64,000 nt of DNA from Eledone cirrhosa (lineage: Eukaryota): positions 333,684,001-333,748,000 of the forward strand of contig OZ024741.1 in NCBI GenBank assembly GCA_964016885.1, given 5' to 3'. Under the pieces are notes generated by a model, which was not told the DNA's origin, did no database searches, and saw only the letters and a program-made list of their open reading frames with translations. Below, piece after piece: positions 41,575 through 55,969 of this stretch. Every line of letters begins with the position of its first letter. The first letter of the stretch is position 1. A program made the position numbers and the translations under genes.

Positions 41575-42710
41575 TCATCATCATCATCATCATCTTTTAA
41601 TGTCCATCTTCCATGCTAGCATGGGTTAGACGGTTTTGTTCCATTTGATTTGGGAATGGTCAAGAGACCATGTCTCGCTCATACAGAAGTGTCTCTGGAA
41701 GTTTTTTTATGGCTGGATGCCCTTCCTAACACCAACCACATCTACAGTGTGGACTGGGAGCCTTTTTACCGTGTCTCCTACACAACCACCTTACAGTGTG
41801 GACTGGGTGCTTTTTGTTGTGTCATCGGCACAGTGAACGGAAATGAGAGGATGGGGTAAGATGTGTGGGGTGTATACTGGGTTAAGAGGTGCCTACTGAC
41901 TGTAGGTTTAGAGTTTGTATGCAAAGGAAGGCGGGTCTTCAGTACAACTGTATGGCGCCAAAGATCTCAATCCAGTGACATTGTCTTGGAAAGGTGTAAG
42001 TGAGCAAGGTCAGTTTTTATCACCTCCACCCAGGTTTTTCTTGGTCTACCCACTCCGTAGCTTCCATCAATTTTCATTGCTCTGCAGTTTTAGATACAGC
42101 TGTTGTCCTTCATAAGCATCACATGGCCATACCAACGCAATCTCCTCTCCAGAACACAATATTTGATACTTCTTATGCTTAGTCTCCCTCAATTCGTTTA
42201 TGCTTCGCCATTCGTGCACATTACTATTACACATCCATTGGAGCATGCAAGCTTCATTTCTTTCTTCAGTAGACAATGCCCAGGTCTCACTACCATGTAA
42301 TATCGCCATTCGTAGAAGCATCATACAATCTGCCTTTCACTTTTAGATAAAACTCCTTGTGGGCAACAGCAGTATTAGCTCTCTGAACTTTTTCCATCCC
42401 TTTCTAATTCTAGCTACTACACTTTCAGAGCACCCTCCTCCACTGCTGATTTTGTCAACCAGGTAATGGAAAGTGTCTACTATTTCTATAGAACCATCTG
42501 GGCAGTTGAAGGAGTTAGCATCCGTGGGTCCTTGCTACTTACTGAACCTGAGCATTGGCCACATATAAAATCTATATTCTTAGATAGGTTACCTGTGATC
42601 CCACTACATCTTTTATGTACCCATAGTTTAAATTTTGGGTATAGAATGGAATTTCTACCTACTCCTTTCTTACACACTGAGCATGGCCATTTCCCAGAGG
42701 GCACGAATGT
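41575..42710 (-). mobile_element. RTE-clade LINE 3' part with PHD-like finger and long 3' UTR
   Basis: PSGKWPCSVCKKGVGRNSI...WVHKRCSG...FICGQC; ILHGSETWAL; WYGHV; GRPRKTW. The 3' UTR contains GTTAGGAAGGGCATCCAGC and a (GAT)n tail. Confidence 0.88.
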
Positions 42711-44744
42711 AAAAACCATGATGATGATGATACGCTCCTATTATGAAGTCCTGTGTTCTACCAAAATATTTGTACATACCAAACTGGGAAACACTGATCT
42801 ACACAGCTGCAAATTAAATTAGACAATGTCTAATATTTATCTTTTATTACTAAGTTGAAAGTTAATTATTTCATTAAAACTCGCATAAATCTTGATTATT
42901 TCCATAATTAACTCAATATCTTGTATGACATCAAACGATATTAGTAAGACATTCTTGAAAAGTACAAAACAATATGATGACTGCATCACATTAAAGTCTT
43001 TACTTTAGTTTACTGCAAATTTTCACTATAAACATTTGCATTAGTAAACACATTTTTAGATATTTTCTGTTAAATCATTACAGGATATTAAGAGTTAAAA
43101 CATAAGGCAGTATATTCTTGTTAAAAATATGGTCAGAAAATGGTTAAGAAAATGTTGCTGGTTTATTAGCAATACTGCTGTAAACAATGACACTATTGCA
43201 AAATTGAAGAATTTTTTAAAGTGATTAGAGAAAATCACTACATCATAAGTATGGAAATAAAGGATTGTAAACAAAGACAAAGCCAAACCAAAACAAATAC
43301 AAGGGTTTATATGAGGGTCAGCTGAAAGGTTCATAGATTGACCAAGATACTCTCATGGAATGACCAAATGAGATTTATTTATCAATATAGTTCCTAGAAA
43401 GAAACAATGCAGTTATTAATAAGAAGAGTTGAAACTAATGTATGCAAGATTTCTGAATTTTTAAGCTTATCATTGTATGTTTACATTGTATTTCAATATT
43501 TCAAACTTAAAAATGCTTTATCAAGAAAATAGAAGATGAGCATATTGTGTTAACCTGAAGGGCTTAGTTAAAGTTTTCTTGGAAGCTAAAAGAAGGCAGT
43601 GGGTAATAATATATAACATTGTTTCCAACATTTTACCAAAGCAACCCATATTGACAAATCAATAATCCTCATTGACCTTCTTTTTAAAGATTTAAATAAT
43701 AAAACAATTTTTAAAATTTCCATAAAACTAACACATTGGTTAAAGCAGTTATAACATCTGGGAGATATGGGGTTTGATTCCTCACAGCAGCCGATGGCAA
43801 CTACTTTTTCCATCTTTAAGGGCCTTCAGCCTATTTTATAACATCTCCAGACATGAGTACTCCATTCTTTATACCAACATTTCTTATCTTTCTTGGTGAA
43901 ATATCCCCCAGTTTTTGTTTGTAATAAATATTGTGTTGTATTCCTTTGTGATACTGGATTATTAAACCCTCTCGTTAGCATATGTCTAATGAAAGACACT
44001 CCCTATGGCTTTGAAATAATTTTGAAAATAATCAAGAATTTGGGATTTAGTAATGTACCTTTGTCATTTTTAATCCAATGTTTGTAATATAATTCAACAA
44101 ACGATGTTACATAAAGTTATGATGGAAGGATTTTAGTTACCATATTTGCTCAAATATAAGCCAACCTCACTATTTCATGTCTGAGAAATGGGCAAAAAAT
44201 CCCAACACCATTTATAAGCCAAGGCAACTGATCAACATATTTTTTAGATGGCATATATAAACTGCCCCCAAACTCATTTTACCATCAATTTTTTATTACA
44301 TATTCCTTTGCTTATATTCGAGTGTATACAATAAATATAAACATTTTAAAACAAGCAGTTTTGTATCATTGAACCACCTGGGTTTTTAGGTGGCTTGGCA
44401 TCATAAGGGTTAACATTCTTTTATTCTTTCACAATTTTACTGGCTTTAGTGTTTGGTTAATGGCTAAACCATTAAGCAAGGGCATCAACTTTTAAGGCTT
44501 TAGTTGATCATATCGCTCCCAATGTTTATTTCACTTTGGTAATTATTTCATCAATTTAGATATACTGAATGCATAATTTAGTGTTTTGATAAAACATTGG
44601 TTTGCATGCTAGCAAACATAAACACACACATGGACACAGATACACGTCACATTTCCTTCACTACAGAATCCGATAAATTATTTAATGAAAAGGTATGAGA
44701 CTCAATGTATAAGAGTCATATTTCTATATGTATATACATATATA

Positions 44745-45110
44745 ATTGAAAGATTAAACAAGGATTAATAGTATAGCATTTAATTATTTACAACTGTTTC
44801 GTAAGACTAACAAGACTATTTCATTCCTCCTCAGAATCAATCAAATACAAATAAATACAATACTTGTTTTAAAGACCATTAAATCCATTAAATGCTTTAA
44901 TAACAATTCTCGTTAATCTTTGTTCTGCATATATATATATATTCTATGAGATTATAACACTACTGTCATTGGAAAATTACCCATTGGTTTAAACTCTGAA
45001 CTGCTTATTATCTATCTTGCTGTGGCCTCTAAAATCATATTGAGTTTGAAAATTTTCTATGATTTTATATGGTTGTATTATCAACTCACTTAGACTTCAG
45101 GAATGCCAGG
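44745..45110. mobile_element. Older copy of the 50049-50450 fold-back and hammerhead element
   Basis: Shared tail (ATTGGAAA...TTAAACTCTGAAC...TAAAATCATATT.GAG). Minus strand 44838-44786 reads gauu CUGAGGA g...c GAAAC aguu GUA aau. Confidence 0.6.
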
Positions 45111-45279
45111 TGATATAGTAAGTCATTGATATTAATAGATTTCATAGTGGTTGGGGGTCATATTTTTAGGAGCAGGTATCAAGTAGTAGATTAGAGGTGA
45201 TGGGAGAAGGGGGGGAGGTGGGGTTAAGAGAATCAAGAAATTTTTTTAAGTGGATAGACAGGAATTACAAAGATAGGAT

Positions 45280-45470
45280 TCTTTAACTCAAGATCTATAT
45301 ATATATTTCTCAAAAATGGCTGACTATCTTTCTATTTAATCTTTTAGTTCACATTTTATCTTCTGATAAAGGACTAGCATGCAAAACATTAAGACTGTTT
45401 TCCTGCTATATCAAGTGTTAAACTAATATATTTATTAATTGTACTGTCTTTTATGCTTTGTTATTTCTGT
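45280..45470 (+). mobile_element. Penelope-like terminal fragment with decayed minimal hammerhead (45359-45394)
   Basis: Homologous to 55680-55935 (AAAATGGCTGACT, CTATATCAAGTGTTAAACT); ends in (TA)n. Confidence 0.55.
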
Positions 45471-46009
45471 TTATATATATATATTATTATATATATTTAT
45501 GTTCATACAAGTAACAGAAGTGCTTATATACCTGAAGATTAGGTCACAATTTTGATCCCTCTTATATTCTAGAAATATGGTCGATATTGGACCTTGAAAC
45601 CTAAGGTTGTGCTTTTGTTCTGTGTATGAACATAAATACATATAATATATCAGCATTCTTCCTGATTGAGCACTGTTTTTCTTTTTCCTTCTTCACACCT
45701 GGAGATATTTCTACACACACACACATACATATATATGACATATACATAGTAAATAAAGAAATTAAAATTTCAATTATGTGAGTCCCTCTATGTTACTAAA
45801 TATAATAATGATTTTCCTTTTTTTGTTTAATTTCCAGAACAACGATAGATTTGCATAGCTCCATGTTGACTTCTAGTAACATAACACATCTCCAGTTTAA
45901 CACTTCAGTTACATAGTAGGAAAAAACATTACAGGTAAGTTTGTAGTTTTCTTCTTTGTTTTGACAAGAAAGGATTCTTCAGTTTGGCTGAGCAAATATA
46001 TGGCTACAT

Positions 46010-46600
46010 ATGTAATGCTGGTGTCATAGGATGCACCCAGTATACACTGTAAAAGGGAGTGTTGGTGCTACAAATAAAATGCACCCGGTGTATTGTGTAA
46101 TGTGGTAGTGCTGATGCCATGAAAAATGCACCAGGTACGCTCTGATGTGTCAATGCTGGTGGCATAATAAAATGCACCCAATACATGATAAAACTCTCCC
46201 AGTACACTCTAAATCTCTAGAGCAGGCATGGGCAACTTTTTTCGAAGCGGGCCGCATGAGATGTGGCTCATCATTAGGCGGGCCGCAAGCGCTAATTTAC
46301 ATTCATGCCCCCATTTAAAAAAAGGGCTGTAATTCAGGTTGTTTTGATTTGTTTCTTCAGAATGTGTACACGTTGTTTTCCTCGATCGTATAAATGATAG
46401 AAAGATAAATTATGGTTGAAATGTTGGGGTAAAAAATATCAGAAAGATTTCACTTAAGTGACTTAGGCAAGCCATTCGGAAAGCTTTGCAGGTTGCAGGT
46501 TGCCCATGACTGCTTTAGAGTGTTAGTGCTGGTGCCTCAATAAAATGCACCCAGTACACTCTGTAAAGTGGAGTGCTGGTGCCACAATAAAATGTACTCT
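46010..46600. repeat. Degenerate minisatellite with a unit of about 40 bp (AAAATGCACCCAGTACACTCTGTAAAGTGG...GCTGGTGCCA), split by a MITE
   Basis: About six units. The reverse-orientation array lies at about 23940-24125. The unit matches the internal repeat of the RTE and SINE-B 3' region. Confidence 0.7.
46223..46512. mobile_element. hAT (Charlie-like) MITE
   Basis: TIR CAGGCATGGGCAAC / GTTGCCCATGACTG; TSD CTCTAGAG / CTTTAGAG. Confidence 0.9.
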
Positions 46601-47590
46601 GTACAATCTGTAAAGTATATGATCAAATGGATTCCAGTCATAAACAGAAACGTTTGTTTTTTTTGTGCTATTTCTAGTATGTATGTATTTATGTATGAAC
46701 CCATAACTCCTGATGGTGGTTGTAGAGGCGCTGTAGTAACACATAATATTTCTTGGGCATTTAATACCTGGTGGAGCTCAACTCCTTTCCAGGGCTATTT
46801 CTAGAAGTTAATGTAAATCTACCTTAAATTTCACCCAAGCAACTTAAAATAAAAATAGGAACATATATGAAAATATATATGATATGTTTATGAACAATAA
46901 ACACATAGTGAGGTTCTTGTGTATATTGTACATAAACATATCATTTCCATATATGTTTTCATAAATACCCCTATTATGCATAACACCTTCTTAGTGCTAC
47001 TCCCAACTAACAAAAGAGGAAAAGATGGATACATTGGATAATGGTATTATTGATACACAAAGCCAGAGAGAAAAAAATAATGCATTGTCATAGTTGAAAA
47101 ATATTTATTTGATCAGAAGCTTGCTTGGTCTGATTTGACTTTGGCTAAAATACAACAACGATAGCAAATACCTATTTTATCAAGCCTCTTCCCCTCTTAA
47201 AGACATTTTGAAATTAAGCATCTTGCCATATATATATATATGTAGAGATAGAGAGAGAGAGCCAAACATAAGACGAAACCAATTGGCATTGTGGTTGCAT
47301 TTATACGTTCCTCTCTCTCTCCCTCCATATATATGGGTTGGACAGTTTAGTCCCACTTGAGGCAAGATTGGTCAGGAGACCATGTCTGACTCAAAACAGT
47401 TCTGAATGAGCAAGACATGGTCTCCCAACAAATCTTTCCTCAAGTGGAACAAAACCGTCAAACCCATGTTAGCGTGGAAGATAGATGTTAAATGAGGATG
47501 ATAATGCTGATGATATATATATATATATGAAGCCAAATTTAACATATGGTGGCTGCCAACTCGTTTTCGAGTATGGCCACTACTTTATAT

Positions 47591-48962
<1,372 letters not shown>

Positions 48963-49074
48963 ATATATATATATGTATATACACAGAAATATCCACAGTT
49001 AGTTGTGGGGTCTAGTCTGCATGAAGAACTCAATGTAATCCATATGTTGAAAATGTTGTAGGTTAAAATAAATC

Positions 49075-49130
<56 letters not shown>

Positions 49131-49280
49131 TTAAAATCGGGTCACACAGGACAAAAACAATAGAAAAAACAACGGAAAAGCGAACAATCCCCTCTTCGCA
49201 GTCAGCCTCTGGAAATCACCATGGTTTCGGTCGATTTAGGTTGATACCGTTCGTTCCAGTGCATAATATGACACACATTT

Positions 49281-49334
<54 letters not shown>

Positions 49335-50009
49335 TTCTCTGGGAGAAATTGGCTGTGTTTTGATCTGGAGAGGGATGGATTTGACCAGATTTAAATGACC
49401 AAGGCACAAGACACATAACTCCTAAGGTCACCCCCTATGATGACTCCATCCAGAGTTAAAGGCCCAGCCACATGTTTGTTTACATGGATGTAAAAATTAG
49501 GTCTTCAAGAGTTTGAGGCAACAAGTTTTATTTGGAAGACACATCACAACAGTCTGGAGAATATGAGATGAGCTAAACACATTAATGCTAATGGAGTTAA
49601 CAATAATGGAGTTGGAACTAAAATAATTTACACTAATTAAATGAGAGAAAATTCAGTTTGGGGTCAATAAAGAAGAGAAGACAAAGTATTGGGGGAGGAG
49701 GAAAAGGGGGAGAGAAATATGTTAGGGCTAACAAGGTTAACATTAATGAATTTGTACAAATTGAATGACATCTAATAGAGTTTAAGCACATGACGACTAT
49801 AACTGATACAAGTCTGATATAGTTGAACAGATCAGATCAGCTAGCGTCGTTGTTTTTTACAAGACCTTATAAGGGAAAACAATTGGTTGTGAAACAGTTA
49901 AAATGCAGAGTATGCATAATATATGGACATTTTAAACTGGAAGACTTAATATTTGTGTAGCTGATTCATTACACACCATACTTATAGATGACAACAGTAC
50001 ACGGGTGTG

Positions 50010-50048
<39 letters not shown>

Positions 50049-50055
<7 letters not shown>

Positions 50056-50450
50056 ATAAACTAACCAGGACTAAATTACATTAAATTATTTAGTTGATTT
50101 ACAAATGTTTCTATCAATACAGAAAGATGTTCCATCATTTTCCTCTGTACTGATTTCTTCAGAATCCACGTAAGATATTATTTACCTTCAATGTCAGATA
50201 TCTCATGATTGATAGAAGCGTTTGTAAATCAATTAAATAATTTAATGTAATTTAATCATGGTTATTTTATTCTTTTATATATATGCTCTGTGATATTGTA
50301 AAACCACGGTGATTGGAAATTAACTGATTGGATTAAACTCTGAACCATCATTTACATCCTGCTGGGGACTATAAAATCATATTTGAGCTTTGAATTATTC
50401 TTTGCCTTATATGGATGTGTTACCAACTTGTCTAAACTATTTTATTTGTG
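50049..50450. mobile_element. Fold-back element in (TA)n with hammerhead
   Basis: Arms of about 70 bp (50049-50118 and 50208-50280) plus a tail of about 165 bp shared with 44945-45110. Confidence 0.75.
50096..50166 (-). ncRNA. Type I hammerhead ribozyme motif with long stem II
   Basis: gauu CUGAAGA a aucaguacagagg [loop] uuucuguauugau a GAAAC auuu GUA aauc. Stem I is 4 bp; stem II is about 13 bp including G-U pairs. Confidence 0.7.
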
Positions 50451-50467
50451 TATATATATATATATGT

Positions 50468-51105
50468 ATCATCATCATCATCATCATCAACGTTTAACGT
50501 CCGTGTTCCACGCTTGCATGGGTTTGGACGGGGGTAGTCCCACTTGAGGCAAGAGTGATTGTCTTGCTCGCATAGGACTGTCTGGCAGGTTTTCTACAGT
50601 TGGATGCCCTTCCTAACAGCAACCACATTTACAGTGTGGGTCTGGGAGGTTTTTACTGTGTTGCCTACACGGCCACATTACAGCGTGGACTGTGTGTTTT
50701 TTTGTCGTGACACCTACACGATCTCATTTGTTTCGGCCCGGATGGCGCGGCACCAACATAACTTTACATAGAACGGGGTGGTGTGGGGGTGGTGGGGGTG
50801 GGACGGGGTGTATTTTGTTAGAGATGCCTACTGGCTGTAGTAGGTTTTACTATGTATTTAGGTAAGGCGGGTCTTCTCTGTTACTGAGTACCGCCAAAGG
50901 TCTCGGTCCAGTGACATTGTCTTGGTGAGGTGTAAGTGTGTGAGGTCGGAGTTTATCAGCTCGTCCCAGGTTTTTCTAGGTCTGCCTATTCCGTGGCTAC
51001 CGTCTATCTTTATTGCCCTGCACTTTGTTATACAGCTATCGACTTTCATGCGCATCACGTGTCCATACCAACGTAGCCTTCTCTCGAGTAAACAACATCT
51101 GATCC
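50468..51105 (-). mobile_element. RTE-clade LINE 3' end (same family as 41575-42710)
   Basis: LRWYGHVMRMKVDSCITKC...GRPRKTWDELINSDL...DRDLWRY; same 3' UTR and (GAT)n tail. Confidence 0.9.
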
Positions 51106-51184
51106 CTTTATATATATATATATATAAAGTCGCCCTATCAAATTGAGTTGCTTTATACCTTGGATATTTCTAACAAGTTATTAC

Positions 51185-51252
<68 letters not shown>

Positions 51253-51628
51253 GCAGACACAGACACACACATATATATACATGAGTTTTTATATATTATT
51301 ATGAAGGCCAGTACAACAAAACCATACCATGAACATACATTTCATATACATACATATATGCATGTGTATGTATATATACGATATATATGTGCATGTATGT
51401 GTGTATGTATGTGTGCCTGTATATATGTTTGTGTGTGAGTATATATAATACATATGTATGTATATATATTTGTATATGTAAATGTATATACATATTTATA
51501 ATTTATGAAGGTCGTGTCAGTGGTCTGTATCTCTGGAGATTCTCCTGTGTGTTACAGGGTCATCAGACAGTACTTAACTGAATAATTCAGTTAAGTGGTA
51601 GTGAGTATTCTCACATTCATCAATACTA

Positions 51629-51699
<71 letters not shown>

Positions 51700-51721
51700 G
51701 TATATATATATATATATGTAT

Positions 51722-51887
51722 ATAGGAAAGTGTTCAAGACACCGACGGCAGAGCTCGACGGCGTCGAAACGGCTTGAGCTCTGCCGTCGGGGTCTTGAAC
51801 ATTTTCCTATTACCCACTCTACTACCCTAAGTATTGAGTACTCTGGTGCATTATGGTCCATCTGGTTCCTTACCACACTTCCTTTGT
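51722..51887. mobile_element. GC-rich hairpin element in (TA)n with the 3' half of a hammerhead and GTATTGAGTAC tail
   Basis: Arms 51722-51758 and 51774-51810; GAAAC GGC uugagcucu GCC GUC at 51766-51788; motif at 51831-51841. Confidence 0.7.
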
Positions 51888-52021
51888 TATATATATACAC
51901 ATATATATATATATATACTCTTGTCTCAAGTGGGAAAACCCCCGTCCAAACCCATGCAAGCGTGGAACACGGACGCTAAACCTGATGATGATGATGATGA
52001 TGATGATATATATATATATAT

Positions 52022-52350
52022 GAAGGCACATGGCTTAGTGGTTAGTTGCAATCGAAAGGTTGTGAGTTCAATTCTCAGACCGGATGATGTGTTGTTTCCT
52101 TGAGCAAGACACTTTATTTCACATTGCTCCAGTTTACTCAGCTGTAGAAATGAGATGATAGGGACTGGGGTCCCTATCATTCCACTGCAAAGTGGTCGTG
52201 GAGGTGCCACGGCAAAAACGCACCCAGCACTCACTGTAAATGAGGTTGGTGTTAGGAAGGGCATCCAGCTGTAGAAATCAAGCCAGAATCAGTTCCCGTC
52301 CCACCCTTGCAAGCAGGGAAAAGCGGACGTAAAATGAAATGATGATGAAA
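52022..52350 (+). mobile_element. SINE family B, near-identical to 48603-48962
   Basis: Collinear match to the 48603 copy with small deletions. Confidence 0.88.
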
Positions 52351-52410
52351 TGATATATATATATATCCATGCTAGCGTGGAAGATGGACGTTAAACGATG
52401 ATGATGATGA

Positions 52411-52444
<34 letters not shown>

Positions 52445-52454
52445 CACACACATA

Positions 52455-52491
<37 letters not shown>

Positions 52492-53344
52492 CATACGCCC
52501 ATATAAAAGCATATATATAAACACCTACACATGACATAAACCATGTTCACTGCTGTCATCATCATCTACTTCATAATCATTAGCAATATCACAGTCGTCA
52601 TCATGGCTATTGTCATCATTTTTCTCTCATTTTTTTTCTCATCCATATTTTCTTACATGTTACATTGGGGGTTTGTTCTTGGTTTTTTTTATTGTTTGTT
52701 GTTGTTTTTCCCTATATCAGTAAGAAAGAGGAAGTGTTCTTTAGAAGTTTGACTCATTCAGAAAAAAAAAAAAAACATACTAAAACAAATTACTTGAAAC
52801 AAAATAACACAAAACAGAACGCAAAAAAAACAACTCAGCAAGCATTGAATCCATATTAACATATCTCTGTATGTGATCCATATTAAGCAATAAAAAAAAA
52901 TAATGAAAAAGAAACATATTAGGCAATAAAAAAAAAATATATACATATATATATATATATCCAACATTGAATAAGAATAAGAAAAACTGTATATCCATGT
53001 CTGGGTAGGTAGTAATCCACCATTCCTGTCAACAATTACTGTAAATTATTCCATAAAAATGGTAAAGGTACTCAGCAGTGTACAGCTCTGATGTTCTTAG
53101 ATAATAGCCAAAAGAATTTCAATGAAGCAAGGTGTCTTCCTAACTCTCTCTATGTATATAAATATATATATATATATTTATATATATACACATATATCAA
53201 GCTCTTTCACTATTTGTTCCTCTCTCTATATATATCTTTCTATCTATCCAGCTCACTCCCTATCTATTCTTCCCTGTCTCTTTCTCTCTCCCCCTCTCCT
53301 ATCTCTTTTGCTCTTCCCTCTCTCTATCTATCTATCCATCCAGT

Positions 53345-53752
53345 TCTGTAATATAGGCACAAGGCCAAGACTTTGTGGAGAGAGTACAGTCAATTATATT
53401 GACCCCAGAATTTAACTGGTATTTTATTTTATCAACATCAAAAAGATGAAAGGCAAAGTTGACCTCGGAGTAATGGGGAATCAAAACATAAAGAGCTGGA
53501 ACAAATATTGCAAAATAACAATAATAATAATAAGTGTTTCTGATTTAGGCACAAGACCAAACATTTTGTGGGGAGGGCCAAGTTGGTTAAATCGACCCCA
53601 GTGTATTGCTTGTGCTTTATTTTATTGACTATCTTAAGGATTAAAGGCAAAGCTAAGCTAGGCAGGACTTGCACTCAGACGTAAAGGGACGTAACTCTAT
53701 GCCACGAAGCATGGTGTCTGATGTTACCGATACTCCCAATCCACTGCCGTCA
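53345..53752 (-). mobile_element. Two tandem family A SINEs (diverged)
   Basis: AGGCACAAG tails at about 53355 and 53547, each followed by an AAAGGCAAAG core. Confidence 0.75.
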
Positions 53753-53813
53753 ATAATAATAATAATTAAGTAAGAAGAAGATGAAGAAAGCAATAAAGAA
53801 TGGTAGTAGCAGC

Positions 53814-53853
<40 letters not shown>

Positions 53854-54238
53854 TAAAAAAAACACACCATGTAGAGCAAGAAGTAATGGACAAAGAATTT
53901 TTGCTGTGATATTTTGCTGCTAGATAATGGCTAATTAGCATGGAATTCACTCGTGAAATATCTAATAATATTCTTTGTGACCTCTACAGTAAGGAACAGT
54001 ACTGTGTACACTCCAACTGTTTCACAGCATCAGGCCTGAAAATTGGGTAATGTCAGACACACTGAAGTACACATGGTTACACACACATGTATATATATGT
54101 GTATGTGTATACATATATATATATATATATATCATTTCATCTTCATCATATATATATATATACATGCATACACAAATGTATACATATATATACATACACA
54201 TATATCTATGCATATGTATATATACATGCATATATCTA

Positions 54239-54290
<52 letters not shown>

Positions 54291-54899
54291 TAGATATATG
54301 CATATATATATACATATGCATAGATATATGTGTATGTATATATATGTATACATTTGTGTATGCATGTATGTATGTGTGTATGCTGTTATGTATGCATGTA
54401 TAATATAATCAGAAGAAAAGTATATTACATGATGCTCATAATACAGGCTGTTTCATGAATGGGTTATTTTGCATTACTTCAAACCAAACTACATTCTTCA
54501 GTTACATCAACCCAAACACCCCCCTCTGTTTCACACTCAAATCAGATGTTAATTGATGCTGAAAGAAACTGCTTTTGTCAATATTGTATAAATTGCCTAT
54601 AAGGTCTGGATGTTTCTAGTCTACTCTTTTTTATAATGTAGTCAGTGTCATTGTTTTTCAACAACCAGATGTAACTAGACAAGTCAGACTTGAAGTCACT
54701 CTTCAAGCAGCTGAAGTGTGTCAGGTGGTTGTTGTGTTGTGACTTGAAATTACCTTCTCTTACTCCTATGTACCATTGAGTGATATTAACTGGATTGGCA
54801 GTATTTGTAAGGTCATTGCAGTAAGGTTTGGCAGTATTTGTTCCAGGTCATTATATTCTAAGTTTGAATCCTGCCACACATAAACAAAATAGATTTTGA

Positions 54900-55230
54900 T
54901 GGGTAGATTATATTATGCATGTATGGTAAGTGCAATGTTGCATGACAGTGAGACATGAGTAATAGGTGCAGAGGACATGCAAAGACTAGAGAGAAATAAA
55001 GCAAGCTTGTTGCTCTAGATGTGTAATGTTAGTATGCATGAATGACAAGGCACAGAGAAGCTGAAAAAAAAACAAAACTGGGTGTAAAAGTTATGAGGTA
55101 GTATGCAAGAAAGAAGACTGCCTGTGATGTATATGGATGATGATCATTGAATAAAGAAGTGCTGGGAAATGCTAGTGGGAGAAAACTGAAGTAAAAGAAC
55201 ACTGAAGAAGACCTGACTTAAGCAGAAATG
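54900..55230 (+). mobile_element. Highly decayed RTE 3' remnant
   Basis: Similar to the LHGSETW / WMCNVSVH / RPKKTW region of 42000-42320. Confidence 0.55.
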
Positions 55231-55679
55231 GTGAGAACAAATCTCGAAACGCTGAGCTTCACAAATGAGAGGATGAAGAAATGCAATGAATGGAGACTTT
55301 GGTGAAGAAGATACATTGAACCTATACAAGCAAGGATAACGGATGTATGGTGATAATGGTACAATAGATCTATCATCATCATCATCATTGTTTCACAGCC
55401 ATTTTTCCATGCATGGATTAGAGGGGTTGTCATATTATGGGACATGTCAGGTCAGGAAACCAGTTCTGTATTTTGGCTTGGTTTCTACAGCAGGAAGCCC
55501 TTCCTAACACCAACCACATTACAATGTAAACTGGGTATTTTTTACCATGGCACCGAAACTAGGGGGACTAGGTACTTTTTTGTCATGTTACCAACATGAA
55601 TTGTTTACAGTGTGAACTGAGTACTTTTCTCATGAAAGCACAATCCAGTAAATTGTAAAAACAATTCTTTAAAAAAAAC

Positions 55680-55935
55680 ATTCTCAAAGGAAATTCAGTT
55701 CCAACTTTATATATCTTTTCCTCCAAAATGGCTGACTGAATATACACATACTTTTCTCAATAAATTGTTTTCCCTTCCTCTTCTCACTTTCTATTTCCCT
55801 TTTTATTTCTCATTCTATCTTCTAATGAAGGTCTAGTGTCCGAAACATAAAGGCTCTTTTCCTACTATATCAAGTGTTAAACTCATATATTTCTTCACTG
55901 TACTGGATTGTGGGTTTTGTTGTTTCCATTTACCT
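55680..55935 (+). mobile_element. Penelope-like terminal fragment with decayed minimal hammerhead (55818-55853)
   Basis: ucuu CUAAUGA a gguc uagu gucc GAAAC AUA aagg; homologous to 45280-45470; ends at (CA)n(TA)n. Confidence 0.6.
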
Positions 55936-55937
55936 TT

Positions 55938-55969
<32 letters not shown>

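Noticed and set aside
43560-43960. Possible ancient LINE RT fragment on the minus strand
   Set aside because: Only faint resemblance around MEKVVAIGC, with no intact RT motif to support a call.
49130-49280. TA-flanked fragment with minus-strand ACC GAAAC CAUGGU
   Set aside because: May be another decayed ribozyme terminus, but CUGANGA is missing and the triplet is GUG.
51500-51630. Minus-strand CUGAUGA-cccug...cagg-a-GAAUC plus a short hairpin
   Set aside because: The core lacks GAAA and the register of stems I and III does not fit; too degenerate to call.
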